From positions 1-28,172 of the IMG/VR virus record IMGVR_UViG_3300027706_000256: DNA of 28,172 nucleotides. One strand, written 5' to 3'. This DNA is from a virus (taxonomy: Duplodnaviria; Caudoviricetes). The notes below the pieces were generated by a model. The model did no database searches and was not told where the DNA came from. It was given only the letters and a program-made list of their open reading frames with translations. Position numbers and translations under genes: made by a program. Below, one piece after another: positions 25,119 through 28,172 of this stretch; the stretch's first letter is position 1, and each line of letters opens with the position of its first letter.

Positions 25119-26329
25119 TCTTCCAGGTAAGCTCCCAAGTCCAGGAGGGTCTTGATACACCTGTCGGCATGGACCCTCGCTGCCATCTCCGTCGCCACCA
25201 GCTCTCCCGTCTCGGTCACTCCGAAGTCAACGGCAGACTTGACAGCACGCAGTGCATTGTCGATCCCCTGTGAGCAGACCACGTAGTCTTTGTCATCGGG
25301 CAACCGGATGACTACGTGGTTGGGTGACAGCGACTTGATGCGCTTGTCGAACAGTTTCCCCTTGTCATCGACCTGTTCATCCTCACGGCGCTTCCGCAGG
25401 TTCGCCACGTGAGCGGCGACAGCTGCATGGGTCGATGAGTTGGCGACCACGGTCCGGCCCTTGAAGACAGTCACCTGATCCACGTGCGGAGCTTCATGGA
25501 ACTTGATGCCGCTGATCAGGTCGCCCTTCAAGCTCGACACCAGGTCGCAGCCGCAGACGACCGACAGGTCATTGAGAGAGTTCATCCCCTCGAGATCGAA
25601 CTTGACAGCGATGGGCAACACGCGGAGGCTGCCCCGGTCGTAATTGACCTTCAGGGTGTGCTTCACGTCGTCGCTCATCCCACGGACGAACAGGACGACG
25701 GGTTCCTTCGCTTCAGCGGCGGCCTCCAGGAGGTGGTGGATCTCCGACACCTCTTCGATGTAGCCGTCGATGCAGACCACCCGGGGCTTGACGAAGCTGA
25801 CGTCAAGAGCCAGGATGGGCGTCAGGTCGAAGGTGTAGCCCCTGACCAGCTCGACAGAAGGCGTGGACGAGTGAGTCTTCTCAATGATGATGCGACCGCC
25901 GAAACCCGCCAGCTGGAGCGCCTGTTGGAGCATCGCTGCAGTCCTGACACCGGCTCGCGAAGTGTGCAGGCGGACGATCCTCTCTACGTCAGAGGCAGTC
26001 GAGGCCCGGGGGACCACATGCTGCGGCAGTTGTCGCCCACCGCGAGCCTCCAGTCTTTCCAAGACGAGCTCAATGGTGCGGTCAAAGCCACCGGGACCGA
26101 GCTTTTCTGCCCGGAGGGCGTGGGTCATCAGGGCTTCGTGGATCGCCCTGTCAAACGCTGGTGCGTGTTTCGTGTTGAACACGACCTGCATGTGGGTGTG
26201 GACGAGCGGGCGGCCCCTGTCGCGGACCAACGCAGTCGCGATCTTTTTCACTGTCGCGAGCTTGTTACGGACCCGCCTGAGCGCGGCAGTTGGCTCGGTG
26301 TTGACGTCTCCCACCAGGAGACTGTACAC
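25115..26329 (-). CDS. divergent, truncated chaperonin (GroEL/Cpn60 homolog, 404 aa) with degenerate ATPase motifs
   Basis: Apical and intermediate domain matches: ELVRGYTF, IHHLLEAAAEAKEPVVLF, TLKVNYDRGSLRV, LNDLSVVCG, KRIKSLS, IDNALRAVKSAVDFGV. GDGTTT and LGPKG are not present at their usual positions. Confidence 0.8.
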   Translation of the reverse strand: MYSLLVGDVNTEPTAALRRVRNKLATVKKIATALVRDRGRPLVHTHMQVVFNTKHAPAFDRAIHEALMTHALRAEKLGPGGFDRTIELVLERLEARGGRQLPQHVVPRASTASDVERIVRLHTSRAGVRTAAMLQQALQLAGFGGRIIIEKTHSSTPSVELVRGYTFDLTPILALDVSFVKPRVVCIDGYIEEVSEIHHLLEAAAEAKEPVVLFVRGMSDDVKHTLKVNYDRGSLRVLPIAVKFDLEGMNSLNDLSVVCGCDLVSSLKGDLISGIKFHEAPHVDQVTVFKGRTVVANSSTHAAVAAHVANLRKRREDEQVDDKGKLFDKRIKSLSPNHVVIRLPDDKDYVVCSQGIDNALRAVKSAVDFGVTETGELVATEMAARVHADRCIKTLLDLGAYLED

Positions 26330-26332
26330 CCC

Positions 26333-26755
26333 TCAGTGAGCGTAGTGGATGAGAAGGTGACCCGTGATGATGTCGTACGCGAGCTTGCAAAGACCCCCAG
26401 CTGCTCCGGTCGCCGCGGTGACCGCTACACCCTTGATGACCCAGTTGGCGGTGCTGATCCACTTGATGACGCCCTTGACTTTCTGGTACAAGCCCTCATC
26501 CTTGTCGTAGATCGCCTTGTGGACTTCATCGAGTGTCTTCCCCTGCGTGTCCACGCACGTCTTGACCACCTTGAGGTCCTGCTCGATGGCATCGATCTTG
26601 CTCACCTTCTCCATCAAGCTGTCGAAGCCACCGTTCAGGACGTGGGCGTCCTCGAGCTTCTTGTCGAGCTTCTCCAGGACGGTGTCCTGTCGAGCGAGGT
26701 GCTCAGCGAGTTCGGCGGTGGACGGACCTGACGCCTGCTTTTTCTTGGTGGCCAT
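26333..26755 (-). CDS. 140 aa coiled-coil protein with a C-terminal hydrophobic segment (holin/XhlA-like architecture)
   Basis: Heptad-like middle region followed by WVIKGVAVTAATGAAGGLCKLAYDII. Function is inferred only. Confidence 0.65.
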   Translation of the reverse strand: MATKKKQASGPSTAELAEHLARQDTVLEKLDKKLEDAHVLNGGFDSLMEKVSKIDAIEQDLKVVKTCVDTQGKTLDEVHKAIYDKDEGLYQKVKGVIKWISTANWVIKGVAVTAATGAAGGLCKLAYDIITGHLLIHYAH

Positions 26756-26990
26756 GCTCTCTCGCGTCGCGCGTTAAGGACCCTGATCCCTAGAGATCCC
26801 TGCCACCACTCACCGCATTCCGCTGATCCGCTTTCCGCTAGATCTTCGATCTACACTGAGTGGTGTCGTTGGACACCGAGTAGCCGGCATCCACTCGTAA
26901 CTATTGGCACGCGCTGGCATTCTGGAACGATGCCCGACGAGTGAACAATGGTGAACAGAAGAGTGCGGTGAGGCTTACTATCTGCTCACC
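26756..26990. other. structured divergent intergenic region (inverted repeats, GATC cluster, GGA repeats, promoter motifs)
   Basis: Inverted repeats at 26804-12/26857-65, 26839-44/26848-53, 26862-67/26872-77 and 26892-98/26937-43. TAGTTA on the minus strand at 26898-26903. TACTAT on the plus strand at 26976-81. Confidence 0.6.
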
Positions 26991-28172
26991 GTGTTCGACT
27001 TCAACCAGAGCATCTTTGGGCCCGACATCAGCGTTCCTCCCACTGCCAGGGTGATCTTTGTCTCCGACCTGTTCGTAGAAGACTACGTCGGGGGAGCTGA
27101 GCTGACCAGCCAAGCGCTGATCGACGCAGCACCGGTAGAGGTCTACAAGCTGCACTCGAAGGACGTCAGCATGTCGCTGCTGCAACAGCACGCCGACAAG
27201 TTCTGGATCTTCGGGAACTTTGCGCAGATGAACCCGCAGCTCATCCCCAGCATCGTCGGCAACCTGCGGTACAGCATGCTTGAGTACGACTTCAAGTACT
27301 GCCGATCGAGGTCACCCGAGAAGCACCTGGTCGAGCACCGGATGCCGTGCGACTGCCACAACCAGATGAACGGAAAGATCGTCAGCGCTTTCTTCTACGG
27401 AGCGATGGGGATCTGGTGGATGTCCCAGAAGCAGAAGGAACGCTACTTCACGCTGTTCCCCTTCCTCCAGGAACGTACCAACACCGTCCTGTCGAGCGTC
27501 TTCGACGCCAAGACCCTGGGCCTGCTCAAAGCCCTCCGCCAGAAGTACGCTGGCACTGAGCGCAAGGGCTGGATCGTCTTGGGCAGCGACTCGTGGATCA
27601 AGGGCGCTGACGATGCCAAGGCATGGTGCGTCAACAACGGGAAGCAGTACGAAGTCCTGTGGAACCTGCCCTACCACCAGCTGCTCGAGAAGCTCGCTCA
27701 GGCCGAGGGCTTCGTGTACCTGCCTCGTGGTGGGGACACCTGTCCGCGCATGGTCATCGAGGCAAAGCTCCTCGGTTGCAAGCTGCAGCTCAACGACAAC
27801 GTGATGCACAAGGACGAGGAGTGGTTCGACACTGACGACCTCGACAGCATCAGCGACTACCTCTTCGTCTCTCCACAGACGTTCTGGACTGGCATCAAAA
27901 ACGCGATGGACTATCGGCCCAGCATCAGCGGTTACACCACGTGCTACAACTGCGTCAAGCAGGAATACCCGTTCGAACAGTGTATCCGATCGATGTTGGC
28001 TTTCTGCGATGAGGTCTGTGTGGTCGACGGCGGGTCCACTGACGGCACCCGGCAACGCCTATGGGAGCTCGTCAAAGAGTTCGACACTGAGAAGAAGATC
28101 CCTGAGACCTTCATCTCTGACCTCGATGCGATCGGAGCTGACAACACCCGATGGGTCTGTGATAGCGGACGC
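26991..28172 (+). CDS. bifunctional glycosyltransferase: GT-B (GT4-like) domain fused to a GT2 (GT-A) domain; partial, runs off the right edge
   Basis: Not in the ORF track. GTG start, open for 394 codons. GT-B motifs GGAELT, WIKG and FVYLPRGGDTCPRMVIEAKLLG; then GT2 motifs SISGYTTCYN...CIRSML...DEVCVVDGGSTDGT. Confidence 0.88.
   Translation, partial: MFDFNQSIFGPDISVPPTARVIFVSDLFVEDYVGGAELTSQALIDAAPVEVYKLHSKDVSMSLLQQHADKFWIFGNFAQMNPQLIPSIVGNLRYSMLEYDFKYCRSRSPEKHLVEHRMPCDCHNQMNGKIVSAFFYGAMGIWWMSQKQKERYFTLFPFLQERTNTVLSSVFDAKTLGLLKALRQKYAGTERKGWIVLGSDSWIKGADDAKAWCVNNGKQYEVLWNLPYHQLLEKLAQAEGFVYLPRGGDTCPRMVIEAKLLGCKLQLNDNVMHKDEEWFDTDDLDSISDYLFVSPQTFWTGIKNAMDYRPSISGYTTCYNCVKQEYPFEQCIRSMLAFCDEVCVVDGGSTDGTRQRLWELVKEFDTEKKIPETFISDLDAIGADNTRWVCDSGR

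Noticed and set aside
26941-26957. GTGAACA direct repeat as an actinobacterial-type PHO box
   Set aside because: The spacing is 10 bp rather than 11, there are only two units, and it is not upstream of phoH.
26756-26990. CRISPR array or tRNA in the intergenic region
   Set aside because: The repeats are only 6-15 bp without spacers, and I found no cloverleaf or T-loop consensus.

Overview
This window looks like part of a large, GC-rich dsDNA (jumbo-type) bacteriophage genome: the genes are densely packed and translationally coupled, there are many large hypothetical proteins, and host-like auxiliary genes sit among them. The left 17.6 kb is a minus-strand block of probable virion genes. It holds large hypothetical proteins, a protein whose N-terminus resembles a tail-collar/baseplate fibre, and a tandem array of two paralog families arranged (A-B)x3. 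The array is followed by a small gene that carries, as a separate protein, a C-terminal peptide fused to the first B copy. The right part encodes PIN-PhoH, a Cys4 plus sigma70-region-4 mini-protein, a Hc1-like histone H1 analogue, a DinG-family helicase and a ClpP operon. The first gene of that operon has an A_AAA_AAC slippery site plus stem-loop. Further right are a probable internal head protein, a truncated and apparently ATPase-dead GroEL homolog, a holin-like membrane protein, a structured GATC/GGA-rich intergenic region and a partial GT-B/GT-A fused glycosyltransferase. Two promoter classes are visible: sigma70-like, and a short TANTTA putative late motif. All family calls come from motif recognition by eye; no searches were run.
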